Shown here one piece after another: positions 41,601 to 52,530 of a stretch of 58,000 nucleotides of DNA. Position 1 is the first letter of the stretch. Each line of letters opens with the position of its first letter. The DNA lies in NCBI GenBank assembly GCA_973895155.1, contig OZ316895.1, positions 23,648,181 through 23,706,180 on the forward strand. The letters are read 5' to 3'. This stretch comes from Marsupella aquatica (taxonomy: Eukaryota; Plantae; Marchantiophyta). Both the position numbers and the translations under genes were made by a program. Below the pieces are notes generated by a model. It worked only from the letters and a program-made list of their open reading frames with translations, was not told the origin of the DNA and searched no databases.

Positions 41601-42271
41601 GTACTTTCAGTGGCTTGTTTTCAATTTTCCCTGTATGAGGGGACGTCGTCAAGTAATTCCTTTTGCAAGTGTGCTTCAATGTAATGAAACTCCTTTCCAC
41701 GATTGAGATCGTCGAACCGAGCTGGCCGCCAGTGTCCGTCACACTAGTGATGATCAATCGTTTCATGAAAGGAGTGACCTTTCCCACCAGATTCAGCGGG
41801 ATAACAGTGAAAACTTACTTGCACCCCGTTTCAAACGAGACGATGACGCCGTCTCCCTTCGGATGCACGGCGATTTTCCGTGGTGTAGGGCGCCCATCTT
41901 CGAAGGACAACATCGCTTCCTGAGCACCACCAAGCGCATGAAGGAGCAACGAGTAAATTTGCCAGACAATTTGCCATAACTACCACCAAAGAACTCGTAG
42001 AATTATCACCTAGCCTGTGGATGTTCTCCAGAAGTAAGGAACAAATTTAGAGATATCTCACCGGCGCTGATAGAGTGGCTGTTTCGAAGTCATAAGGAAC
42101 CAGCGCCACGGAACGGGGCTCTGAATCCCCGCTGCTGCTGCCGCGGCTCCCCTCCGAGCCGATCAGGAGATGGCCGGCGACCTCCTTCATTTTCGGATGC
42201 GCCGCCCAAGCTCCTGAAATGACTTGATGCTCATCTTGAACGACGTTCAAGTAGGTGATCCGCTTCCCCAT
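38673..42271 (-). CDS. PHF1: SEC12-like WD40 ER membrane protein, PHOSPHATE TRANSPORTER TRAFFIC FACILITATOR 1-like, multi-exon
   Basis: Exons encode IAVHPKGD, GAGPQSCLLFSDDGTLLASGG, DGHVRVFRWPS, KSVKDLDISLDSGFL, RFSRNLKKAFLF, WDMTNWKLIG, GTKGGDIAIVE and EWKDWQIFLVFIAIFIGSIVVFY (C-terminal TM); TAG stop at 38673-38675. Confidence 0.85.
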
Positions 42272-43190
42272 CTCGCTCTCTCTCTCCTCCTCCTCCTCCT
42301 CCTCCTCCTTTCCTTAATTCCTTCTCTCTCTCAATCTCTTCTCCAAAATTCTCTTCTCTCCTCTCCAAATGTCTTTTTCGGCTCTCTTCTCTCCTCCCCA
42401 AATCAATTATCTATCAGCTCTCACTCCGCTCACCCTCTTCCTCACCTCTCGCTCTCGTTCTCAATTTCCTCTCCACTTTTCAAATCCAAAACGCTTTACA
42501 CAAAGGAGAAGCAATTATTCCTCGCAATTTTGCTCGACGCTGACAAAAGGCTTCCCCTCCGGTGCAGATCGTCTGCCTCTACAGCTCTTCGTCCCCCCCG
42601 ACACCAAACTTCCTCTGTTTGGGTCTAATGTGGGAAAATAGTGGACCTTCTGTGCTCTCAAAAGTCGCCCGCTCTTTGTTGGAAGAAAGAGCGCCTTCAC
42701 GAATTCACTAGTCAGGAGGATATCGCACGGATATTCTCAGTATCACGTATTACGAAGGAGGATCCTGTTTCGGAAATTCCGTCCCACATTCATTTTGCGG
42801 CAGGCCGTCTACAGCATCCATCTGCGGTCGAGATGCTCTAGACGATAAAAGCAGTAGTATATCAGCTGTTAGATCCGATTGGAGTGGTTAATAAATCCAA
42901 GGGTGTCGCAGACTCTGAGTTGACTGTGGATAGGTTGCGACAGTGGGCAGTGGGGGGTACCAAGGACCGTTGACGAATAGGTGGAATTGTCAACGGCCTT
43001 ACAACATAGTACCACCGTACGGAATGAGCATGGGTTATTATAGACCTGACTCACAAATTATTTTTATTAGTAACCCTCCCCCCCCCCACTACACCCACCC
43101 AAATGTATAAGAGTCCAAATAACCCTTATTCATGCTCATGAGAGTGCCTAATTGGTACTCCAGCTGGGTTAGCCTAATCCATCTCACTCT

Positions 43191-43368
43191 GAGAGATATG
43201 CTTAGTAGACCTCTTCTGGAAAAAGTTTGCTTAATCAACCTCCTCCATACTTTTCCTCACTCTGGACAGTTGATGGACCTTTCAATCTCAGATCTGGACC
43301 GTTGATAGACCTCAGGGGGTCGACCAATTAACAAGTTTCATTTTGGGGGTCCATCAAGCAAATACCTC
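43191..43368. mobile_element. MITE of the same family as 20407-20589
   Basis: atatgcttagtagacctc...tcagatctgg...aacaagtttcattttgggggtc shared; degenerate TSD. Confidence 0.75.
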
Positions 43369-44789
43369 CCCCACTCCCCTCTGGTTGCCCATACTTGCAG
43401 ATTGCCGGTGATCGCTCACCCACCCCATGCCTCCCGAGCACACAGCATCTTGCTGGCTCTCTTCCTCTCAAAAAAACATTGAGAAAGTGACAGGCTATTG
43501 TACTGGGGACACTTAAACCCTATATGTGCATACCTCACTTGATTGTTGGGGCTTCAGGCTTTGGACCAATCAGGATTCTAGTGGGCAGATATAAGAGTTA
43601 CTTGGACTGGTATACTATTTGGGGGACATTATAGTAATAATAAAAAAATTGGTGCTCAGGCTTCTAGCAACGGTCAGTTGGGGGTTAACCAAGTAAAAAG
43701 TTTTTCCTTTATATTGCATTGGTGGGAAGGTGCATCTCAATGCACCTCTTTACCACAAAAATAAGCTTGGACTTCTCCTGGAAAACTTCAACTTGGGTAA
43801 ACGCTTTTTGAGAGCACATGTTTTGAGTTGGCTATGGATAGGTTGCAACAAAGGGCACGGGGGTACCAATGGCGTTGACGTACAGACGTAATTGTCAATG
43901 GCCTTACAGCAAGTCGCAAAACTCGACTACCTTAACACTTAGCTCTAGCGTCGCTGACTCCGACGCCAAGCTCCCCTATGGTCCAGGCCCAGAATGGTCT
44001 GAATCCGGGGAGGACTTGGCATGGGGAGACTTGTGGACAATGCAGCGTGGCGCTAGGGAAGGCAAGGCGCCAAGCTGGTGACACACATTAAGGACTTAGA
44101 CTAGCTAAGGGTTGGTCGGGTCAAGGGGAAAGGGCCGGGCTTAAGGTTGACCGTCCGAACCCCCTGATGGACTTTGAGTTCTTAGGGCTTGAGTGAGAGC
44201 TCCTCTTGGGCCCAAGGCAAATGGAGTTTACTCCATGGGCAACGGACGCTCGAGGATGGGGTTACAGCCCGATCTGGGTTTGGTCGATTGGAGGCCCTGG
44301 GCGACGATAGGGTCTGAGGGCCTAGGCATGAGCATTGGGTCAGCCCGATCACAACGGGCTAAGGCACTCCGCTTACAGACGCCTAACTAGAAAGTTACGA
44401 GCATTGTCAGTTAATGGCGCACCCATACATGCGGGTTAGGGTCCAGGTGGGGGGCCAAAATTTGGGGACCAAAGTAGGTCTGGGGGTGACAGGTCTCCAG
44501 AAGCATATATGAGAGGAGTGGTCTCTCCCTGGGGGCTAAGGGCGAGCCAAAGTCGTGAGCCGCAACCTGTCGTGACATATAGTATCGTAGTCATAGTGTA
44601 TCAAAAACATACAAGTCACCGGCAATGCATATGTGCAAGCTGCTAGCAACCAACATCCTTAGAAAAAGTCCAATCACATTCACAAGTGCCAAGAAAAAGC
44701 AACTGAGGTGATATGTACGTGGTGGAGGTGTAAACCTCTGTAACCCCCCCAGACCACAGCCAAAAGGAGGGCTGAAGAAAAGTCAGGTA

Positions 44790-44940
44790 GCACGTGGAGC
44801 ACAGGAAGGGCAAAACCATAACCCTTCTGGCACTTGGGTAAGTTCAGGCCGAAGGCAGAAAAGATGGTACCCTCCATTGCAATTATCACATAGCAGCATC
44901 TGGTCAGCATCATCAATTCGCAAACACACTTTGCAAGGGT
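44790..44940 (-). other. PHD finger at the integrase C-terminus
   Basis: CKVC-x11-CDNC-x4-H-x2-C-x14-CPSC, the C4HC3 pattern, with the conserved W in GLWFC. Confidence 0.93.
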
Positions 44941-45128
44941 AGTCCACAGGTGGAATCCAGGTAGAAGTCACAATGGTGGGATCCAGGTTGGGCAGATGAC
45001 AAGGGGCGCAATTCTTGGCATTGTCAGCAATTGTGCGCCCATCTGCCCTTTCCAACTCTAGCACTCCAGACGGTCGAATAGCCTTAACCCTGAGAATGGT
45101 ACGACTGGTAGAGGTGTCCAGGGTGTCG

Positions 45129-45878
45129 TTAGCTTGCCGCTGCAAGTACACAAAATCTCCCACATCTCCTGGCCTTGGGCTGAAAAGTGCCCCCTCGTGT
45201 GTGTGCATAACGCAGTGTGTCCCTGTGCTGTGCAATGGCCAAATTCTCCATGGCCATGGGCATAACCCTCCTGAATAGGGCAGCCCTCTCAGAGATCACA
45301 TCAGACCAAGTCACAGCTGAATCCAAGTCCACCACCTGAAGCATGTGAGCAGCAATAGCAGAAGGTGGAACTGGGTGACGACCAAACAACAAGAAGTAGG
45401 GAGAAAAGTTAGACAGTGATGCATGTCTGGACATCCTATACCCCATAGCAATGTAGGGTAAGGCCAGGTCCCAATCCTCCTTGTTTTTGGTGAGGTAGAT
45501 CTTCCGGAGGCCCTTCTTGCATGTCTGAACCATGCGCTCTGCCAAGCCATCTGCCTGTGGGTGATCTCGTGATGTCCGGCGATGATCAATGAGGGCCTGA
45601 TCAAGCAGCTCCTGGAACTCTCCTCTAAACTCTGAGCCCTGGTCAGTGAGACATTCTGCACAAGCTCCAAAGCGGCTGAGAACTTGTTGCAGGAATGCCT
45701 GGCTGGTGCTACGTGAGGTCTTATCCGGCAATGCCACAAGTTCTATCCACTTGGAGAAATGCTCTATCATGATCATGATGTAGAGATTACCCCGAGATGT
45801 GAGGGGTAATTCTCCAGCCAAATCACATGACCAACGATAAAACATGCCCTGAATAGGGAGTGGATGAAGTGTGGGGCA
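45129..45878 (-). pseudogene. Integrase catalytic core with DDE intact; N-terminal zinc finger missing
   Basis: PLP..FYRWSCDL, IEHFSKW, SRFG, TDQGSEF, HPQADGLAER, SPYFLLFGR. Confidence 0.9.
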
Positions 45879-46190
45879 CTCCAATCTGTGTGTAGCACAA
45901 AGACCTTGCTGAAATCAGGTCTTCTCAGCACCGGGTATTCTGAGAGCTTCTCCTTCAAAGTGGCAAATGTTGCCTCAGCATCTGTACTCCATGTCCAAGT
46001 CACATTCTTTTTCAACAAAGCATACAATGGATGTGCAATGGTACTAAAATCTTTGATGTAGATCCGGTAGTAATTGCACAACCCAATAAAGCTCCTAAGA
46101 GTGTGAACATCAGTAGGAGTGGGCATTTCCAAGATGGATACCACCTTGGCCCAGTGAGCCATGGTTCCATTTGGAAGAATGCGGTGCCCA

Positions 46191-46497
46191 CTCGGGGGCC
46201 CCAATCCAAGGGGTGTCCCATATCACGCTCGAAGTTTTGGGAGAATAAACACCCTAAAAGTTAAGTCAATAAAGTTTTTTTTAGGAATTTTTTTACCCCT
46301 AACTTAATGGAATATTCCAATAATATTCCCATATTTGATTTTAAAAAACCCTATGATTATTATAATTCTCAAAATTGGATTAAAATAACCCTAATGTTCT
46401 TCAACAAAAATTTAAAAGTATTTCACTAAACCCAATAAAAAAACCCTATACTTATTCGCGCGTGATGGGTAGGAAGAAAAGAAGTGAGGACCCCGGG
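46191..46497. mobile_element. 307-bp MITE inserted in the RT with an 8-bp TSD; same family as 11883-12178
   Basis: TSD GGTGCCCA at 46183-46190 and 46498-46505 duplicates the LGH codons; ends ctcgggggcccca and tgaggaccccggg; AT-rich interior shares ccctaaaa, gaatattc, aaaattgga and ccctaatgttct. Confidence 0.88.
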
Positions 46498-47609
46498 GGT
46501 GCCCAAGGTATACTACTGATCTGACAGCAAATTCACACTTCTTGGGGTGTATCTTTAGGTTCACCTTCTTAAGCCTCATGAATAGCTCCTCAAGGTCAAG
46601 TAGATGCTGGTCAAATCCTTTGTTGTGGACCAACACATCATCAATGTAGCATTTCATAAACTCGACACCTTGAAGAACCTGGTCCATGACTCTTTGAAAG
46701 AATATGGGCGCATTCTTCAAGCCAAATGGCATCACCAACCACTCCCATAGTTGGTTACTACCATGGAAAGTTGTTTTCTTGCGATCCTTTGCAAGCAGCA
46801 AAATCTGGTTGAAGCCTTGCCTTAGATCCACAAGAGTGAAGATGTCTGAGTCTCCAATGTTGTCAAATAGCTCCTCTGGCCGCGGCATGGGGTACCTGTC
46901 CTAGGGTGTGACCAGGTTCGATGGCCTGTAGTCCCCACACATGCACTTCTCTGTCCACAATCCACTGGAATCCTTCTTTGCTGGCATCACTGTAGCTGCT
47001 ACAAAATCTGATGTAGATGGCTTAATAAGACCAGCTTCATATAACTCTTGGCACCTCTCATCCACCAGCTGCCACTCATGCTTACTCAAACGGTGTCTCC
47101 GCCTGAAGATAAGTGTTTCATCAGCCAACTCAATGGAGAATTGCATAGTCTAGCACTTACCCAAGTCCTTCATAGAGAAAGCAAACACATTCTCATGCTT
47201 GAGGAGCAAATTCAGCAGCTGGTCCTTCTGTCTTTTACTCAGATGGTTGCCCATGATGAATGTGTAGTTGGCAACACTAGGAATAGGACCTGATGTACTC
47301 GTGCTTGAAGAGCCAGAAGTGCCAGCCTCTCCACTGTCCAAGCTGCTAGCATGCTGCTGATAAGGTGATGAGGCCTCTCCAAGGCCTGTTGTACCTGCTG
47401 ATCTGGGTTGGTCCACACCATGAAACTCAGAAATATTGTCAGCCACGTTACAAGGGACCTCCTCCCCCCCAACACTTGGACTGAAGCGGTGAGTGTTGAA
47501 TAGAGGTAAGTGCACCTGGTCTGGATGCCATGTAGCAGCACCATGGAGTGGTAGAGCTGGAACTCCTGATGCTGGATGAATGTACATCTGAAAAAGGATG
47601 CAAGTGACC

Positions 47610-48550
47610 AGAAGCCAAGTGAGAGCATTGAGATCCATTACCCTGCCAAGTAAAGCATTCCTGGCCAGCTTGGTGATGTGGGTGTGGCCTGTAGTACCGG
47701 ATTGGAAGCCCATAGCCCGTTCTCTCTCCTCAGGACTAGGTTCATCCCATGTACCGGTAGAATGTCGGTAAACCAGGCCAGGACCATCACCCTGAAAAGC
47801 ATGTGCACCTGGAAAGGACACAAATGTAGGCCAAGCAACACGGGGCTGTCCAATGGTATTGGCTGGATACCAAGGTGCTGGCTCTTGCCGTGTAACTGGT
47901 TGGCAAGAACTATCAGGATCCAAAATCTGGTCCACTGTGAGGTTAGTGTCCCTGGATGTGTGGTGAAGAGCTAACTCCAGCAAGGAAGGTGGTGCAAGGT
48001 TAGTCCAAAAGTTACGAAGACGATGTGCATAAGAACCACAGTGCACTGCATCAATGAGAAGGGGTGGTCCCAAGTAGTGCTGGACCACACTGAAATCCTC
48101 TTTGACCTGTGGACGCTGGTTAAACTGAGATGGAGTATTCTCAATGATATAACCAACAGCAGGGTAGAGGGCTTGAGCCCAGGTGAGAACCTGAACCAAT
48201 GTTGTGGAAAGGCCAGAACGAGAATCATGCAGTCCAGCACCGTGACCAGCAGCTGAAAACCCTTGGCATTCCCAACCAGCTATGATCAAATCAAGGGAGC
48301 CAAGAAGGGTTAAGTGCCGGTGCTGGACAAGCTGGATATCTGGAGGGAAGAAAGAAAATGCAGACTTCCATGCACTGTGTGGAAACTGCTGGGGAAATTG
48401 CTCTGAAAATTCCAGCAGATGGGATTCAGCCACTTGCCTTGCACCTGGATCAATGTCCACGTAGATGTACTGCTTCACCACCATGTCGGACTGTAGGAGA
48501 GCTTCCAGGCCTATAGAAATGCCACCAAAAAGCTCAAGCAATGTAAGGCC
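47610..48550 (-). other. DNMT3-like C5 cytosine methyltransferase domain inside pol
   Basis: Motif I LLELFGGISIG; II YVDID; III DI; IV LDLIIAGWECQGFS; VI IIENT; VIII AHRLRNFWTNL; IX ERERAMGF; X LARNALLGR. Confidence 0.9.
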
Positions 48551-50202
48551 AGCCGGAGGAGGAGTCCATGTAATTGGTGCGCTCAAGATTGGGGCTATTG
48601 GTTGTCCATTGTGCTGCCCAAGGTCCTCAAATTTGCGTAATGCAACCACCAAAGGTCCATGGGCTGCTTGGAGCTGTTGTACCACCTCTGGTTGATGATC
48701 CACGTTGCTGGAAAGTGCTGCTATACGTGCAGCAGCATGTGCAGCAGCCACCTCATTGTCATCCTCCTCAATCCAATCCTGCAATGGGTGGTTGACATAG
48801 GTAGCTGTGTGCACTGCTTTCAACACATAGTGGTGAGCCATAGGTGTATGGGCACCATGCAAATCAAGTGGAATGTAGCCCAAGTGTGAGCCATCCGTAT
48901 GCCAATCAACTCTGTAGTATGCATGCTCATGCCAGTTGTCAATGGTAAAACCTGGTGGGAACAAAGCCTCCTGGCCAATGAGCACATCATACGTAGTGGC
49001 ATTGGTAACCAAACATCTGACTGGGAAATGCAATTATTCTTGATTTGTACCTCCATTAAAAGTGAGAGTGAGTAAAGTAGAACTCTCACCCAGCACATCC
49101 TCCACAGTGCCACTAGCAGTCCGAATGTGCCACCTGGATTATTGTAAGTGATCAGTCAGCAATCCCATCTTCTTGGCAAACTGAATGCCCAATATCACTG
49201 GTTGAGCACCTGTGTCTAGCATGACCACCTGAGGAGTGTGACCCTCCAACTTGACCGCTGAATTCCTATTGTCAACAATGGCAATGGTGGTGGAAACTAA
49301 AGTCCTGTCACTAGGCACCACTTTTGGCAAATGATGAGGTACCTTGTCAAGGGAGTTAGTGTCCACGGTCTTCCCACTCAACAGCATAGCCAGGAAAGAT
49401 GGAGCAGCATGACCAGAATCCAGTGTAGCTCTAGTCACACAATCTGCAACAATACTGTCATCTCTACCACTGGAAATTGGTACTGGGATAGCCAAACTAG
49501 TGGAAGCATGTAATGGAGAAGAAGAAGGTCCAGTATGTACATGAGATTGGACCTCCAAAACCGGTGTCACAGGGGCTGATGAAAAATGCAGTGAGCCCTC
49601 TAGCGCTCTGATGACAGCTCTAGCATCCAACTGTAAATCATGGCAATTGAAAAGTGGAGTTGTAAGAATCCTTTGTGCCATACCGGAGGTGACATGCTCA
49701 AGCAGCTCAGGAGAAACAACTCCCTATGAAATGTTAGCAGCACCTGGTGGTGGAATGGATGTAGCTGCAGCTCCCTCCCCCCTCGCCAACAAGGTGCGTT
49801 CTTCAGCAAGTGTGAGTGGCTGAAAAGATTGGGGCATGACAGCCCGAGCTCCCCTGGCTCTAGTCATAGGACCAGCAGCAAGACCATCAGCCTGTACAAT
49901 GCGGCGTGTGGGAGCAATACGGGAGGCAGCACTAGCCTGTTGGTAAGCAAAATAGGAAGGGCAGAATGAATCTGAAAATTCTGCTATAAGGCCAGGCTTT
50001 GTAGTAGAGAACAGCACACACTCACCCATATGAGCATCAAATGGCAAGCCATAGAAAGAGCGGGGTAGAGGTGCTGAACTATCAGTGATGCTTGGGCCAG
50101 GGATCAGTTGCACGTGACCAGCCGGTTGAGAAGGACCAGCAGAGGCAGGTGACTTGCCTTTGATGTTGGCAAGTTGGGGACGTAGGGACTCAACCTCATG
50201 AG

Positions 50203-51450
50203 TCAGAGACTGGAGTTGAGTTGCCTGTGCGTTGTGAGCCTCCTTCTGAGCTGGTTGCTTTTGTGGCTGCTTGGGCGATTTGGTGGCAACGGGTGCTTTG
50301 CCACTGGAAGGAGGAGCAACTGAGGCAATAGGAGCCCTCCTAGCTGGTGGGGGAGTGGAAGCAGGAGCAGGATGAGGGGTCTGCTGTCGTAGCTGCTTCC
50401 TCTCTGGGAATTTGGCAAAACAAAGTGGCCCACTTTCCCGCAAAAATCACAAGACAGGTCCTCAGCAACAATATCACATTCATTAGCCTTGTGATTGGGG
50501 TTACCACAGTAGTTGCAAGATGGCAGCATGAAAGCAGCATGGGCTGGCTTGGTCTTGGAACCATATTGTGGCACACGGGAAGGAGTGGCCAGTGTAGGGG
50601 CAGCAGCCTGGTACCTGGATCGCGGTGGACGCGCAATACTGGCCTCATAATGTGCATGGGCCAACTCAAGTTTCTCAGCAGTGTCATAGACATTGAGCAG
50701 GGTGTAGCTGTCTCCAAACTCTAAGAATACTTGCTGCAACACTTGCGAATGGAGAGCTGGTGTGCCCTCCAATGCGCAAAGATAGCGATGAGCAGCTTCT
50801 AGGTCAGTGATGCTCTGGGTGTCCTCCTTCAGCTTGAGAAGCCGGCGATACATCATCTTCAATGTTTCATCGTGTTGCCTCACAAAGGTGGCCAACTGCA
50901 TGATTTTATCAGCACTCTTGATTGGGAATTCCAATTCAAGAACCTGGAAAAACTCAGCCACTGGATCAGCGAAGGCAGGAGAATCAATGGTGGGAGAAAT
51001 GCTTGATGTAGCCTGTGCCAAGACAGTGGGAGTAACTGGTGCAGTGGTGGGAACTGGAGTAGGAGGGGAAGTGGCAGGAGCAGCAGCATGGGCTGCAATG
51101 GCATTCTGTAATGCCAGTTGTGAGGGAGCCGCAATTGCAGTGGCATAGGCAGGGTTAGGCAATTGTGTGACAGCAAGCAGCCGTTGAGAGTGTTGCTCAT
51201 ACACATGATCCAAAGCCTCGTGGTGCACATACCTGGCTAGCTGCTTAAATGCAAAAGCATTTGTGAAATTGCTGTCGTACTTCAACTCCAATTCGTAAAT
51301 GACAGTGTAGAAAGTGGATTTGAACTCACGTAAAGAGACAGTGCCTGGCCGCCCGCTGAAGCGCTCAATGCGGCCAGATGAGTGGTTGGCATCCATGTTG
51401 GATGTCGGTGAAGCAGGAACAACCACTGATGCAGAAGGGGTAAATGGCAA
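50203..51450 (-). pseudogene. gag region of the Ty3/Gypsy element
   Basis: IERFSG, RQHDETL..YRRL capsid-like motif, one CCHC knuckle, and a second knuckle CDFCGKVGH broken by a frameshift at ~50430. Confidence 0.8.
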
Positions 51451-52189
51451 TGAAGTGATAGCAGGCTAGCTTTGGAGTAGTGGTGAAGCGACCGCCAAAT
51501 TGAGCAGAAGGATTGCGTGGTGTGGGTGCTGCTGTTGTCTGCGGACGTCGTCGAAATTGCCGAGACTCCAATGAAATTGACACCAATGGTTGTGGATCAC
51601 TCTGTAAACGGTACTTGGGTATCGGTGGCGATGTGCTGCTACCTCCCGGCTCGTCAACTGACATACTGTGTTGCAATCCCAAAATGTGCAAAATGTGTAA
51701 AGACTGAGAAAACCCGTCACCTTAAAAACTCCAATTGTACCGGTGTTTTGCTTGTTGGATTTGACCGTCTGATGAATATGCCGGGCCCTCAGCTTTATGC
51801 AGATGACACGTGGCGGTAGCAAAGAAATCCGGAAAAATGGGCCCTTAAAAATGTAAACCTGGCCCCCCTTAAGTGTATACATGGGGCCCTTTCAAATGTA
51901 CAAACATGGGGCTCGGTTAAGTGTATACATCGGGCCCCGATGTGGACCCGGGAACTATCAAGCACACGGGAAAAGTGACGAGACCCTATGTACGTACAGG
52001 CTGCGGAGCACTTAATTAAGGAGGAAAAGGCGCGGTGAAGCGAGGTGAGGGCTCAGCGAAAGAAAAGAAATGGGGCCCCAATTAAGACCAAGGCCTATGC
52101 ACAAACCACTGTGATTCGGAAAACATGGCCGCTGTATGCAGGTCGCGCAGCGACCAAAATGAAGTCTCAATCAATGGCTCGGGCCCTGC

Positions 52190-52530
52190 ATAGGGCTTCG
52201 CGCCCCCTCCTGGCTCCTGATGTGCTCCCGAAGAGAAGGGAGCGACTAACTCCCCCTCCCCTCCTTAATGTTGCTTAGGGCCTCGTGCCCTCTCCTGGCA
52301 CTCTCGCTCCCCTCCTCTCCTACTTTAATGAATGCTTCTGTGGGCCTCGTGCCCTGGTGAAAGGACTCCTCCTGAGGGAAGGAGTCGTATGTACTCCTCC
52401 CTCTCTTTACTCCATCTCCCCCCATTTAATGTAGCATAGGGCCTCGTGCCCACTCCTTGCGCTCCTGTTCCCCTCCTCCTGGCTTTTATGCTGCCTAGGG
52501 CCTCGTGCCCTGCTTTCGCTTCCCCTCCCC
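52190..52530. repeat. Imperfect tandem repeats with core GGGCCTCGTGCCC in the presumed 5' leader of the retrotransposon
   Basis: Core at ~52194 (variant), 52278, 52342, 52439 and 52498, most preceded by a ttaatg-like word. Confidence 0.75.

Larger units (their letters stand above)
44783..51450 (-). mobile_element. Decayed Ty3/Gypsy retrotransposon gag-pol: Gag(CCHC)-PR-C5 DNA methyltransferase-RT-partial RNase H-IN-PHD
   Basis: CNYCGNPNHKANEC knuckle; LDTGA protease; RT motifs MCGDYR, DRYPMP, DLRQGFNQI, VMPFGLKNAP, YIDD, KKCEF, YLGH; RNase H start LHTDWS; integrase WSCDL, TDQGSEF, DGLAER. RT-RH-IN order is Ty3-type. No LTR pair identified. Confidence 0.95.

Noticed and set aside
42224-42628. 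Leu/Ser-rich 134-aa ORF
   Set aside because: Product of the CT-rich tract antisense to the PHF1 5' region
47150-49033. Stand-alone host or bacterial methyltransferase gene
   Set aside because: In frame with the protease upstream and RT downstream, with no introns and no separate gene boundaries
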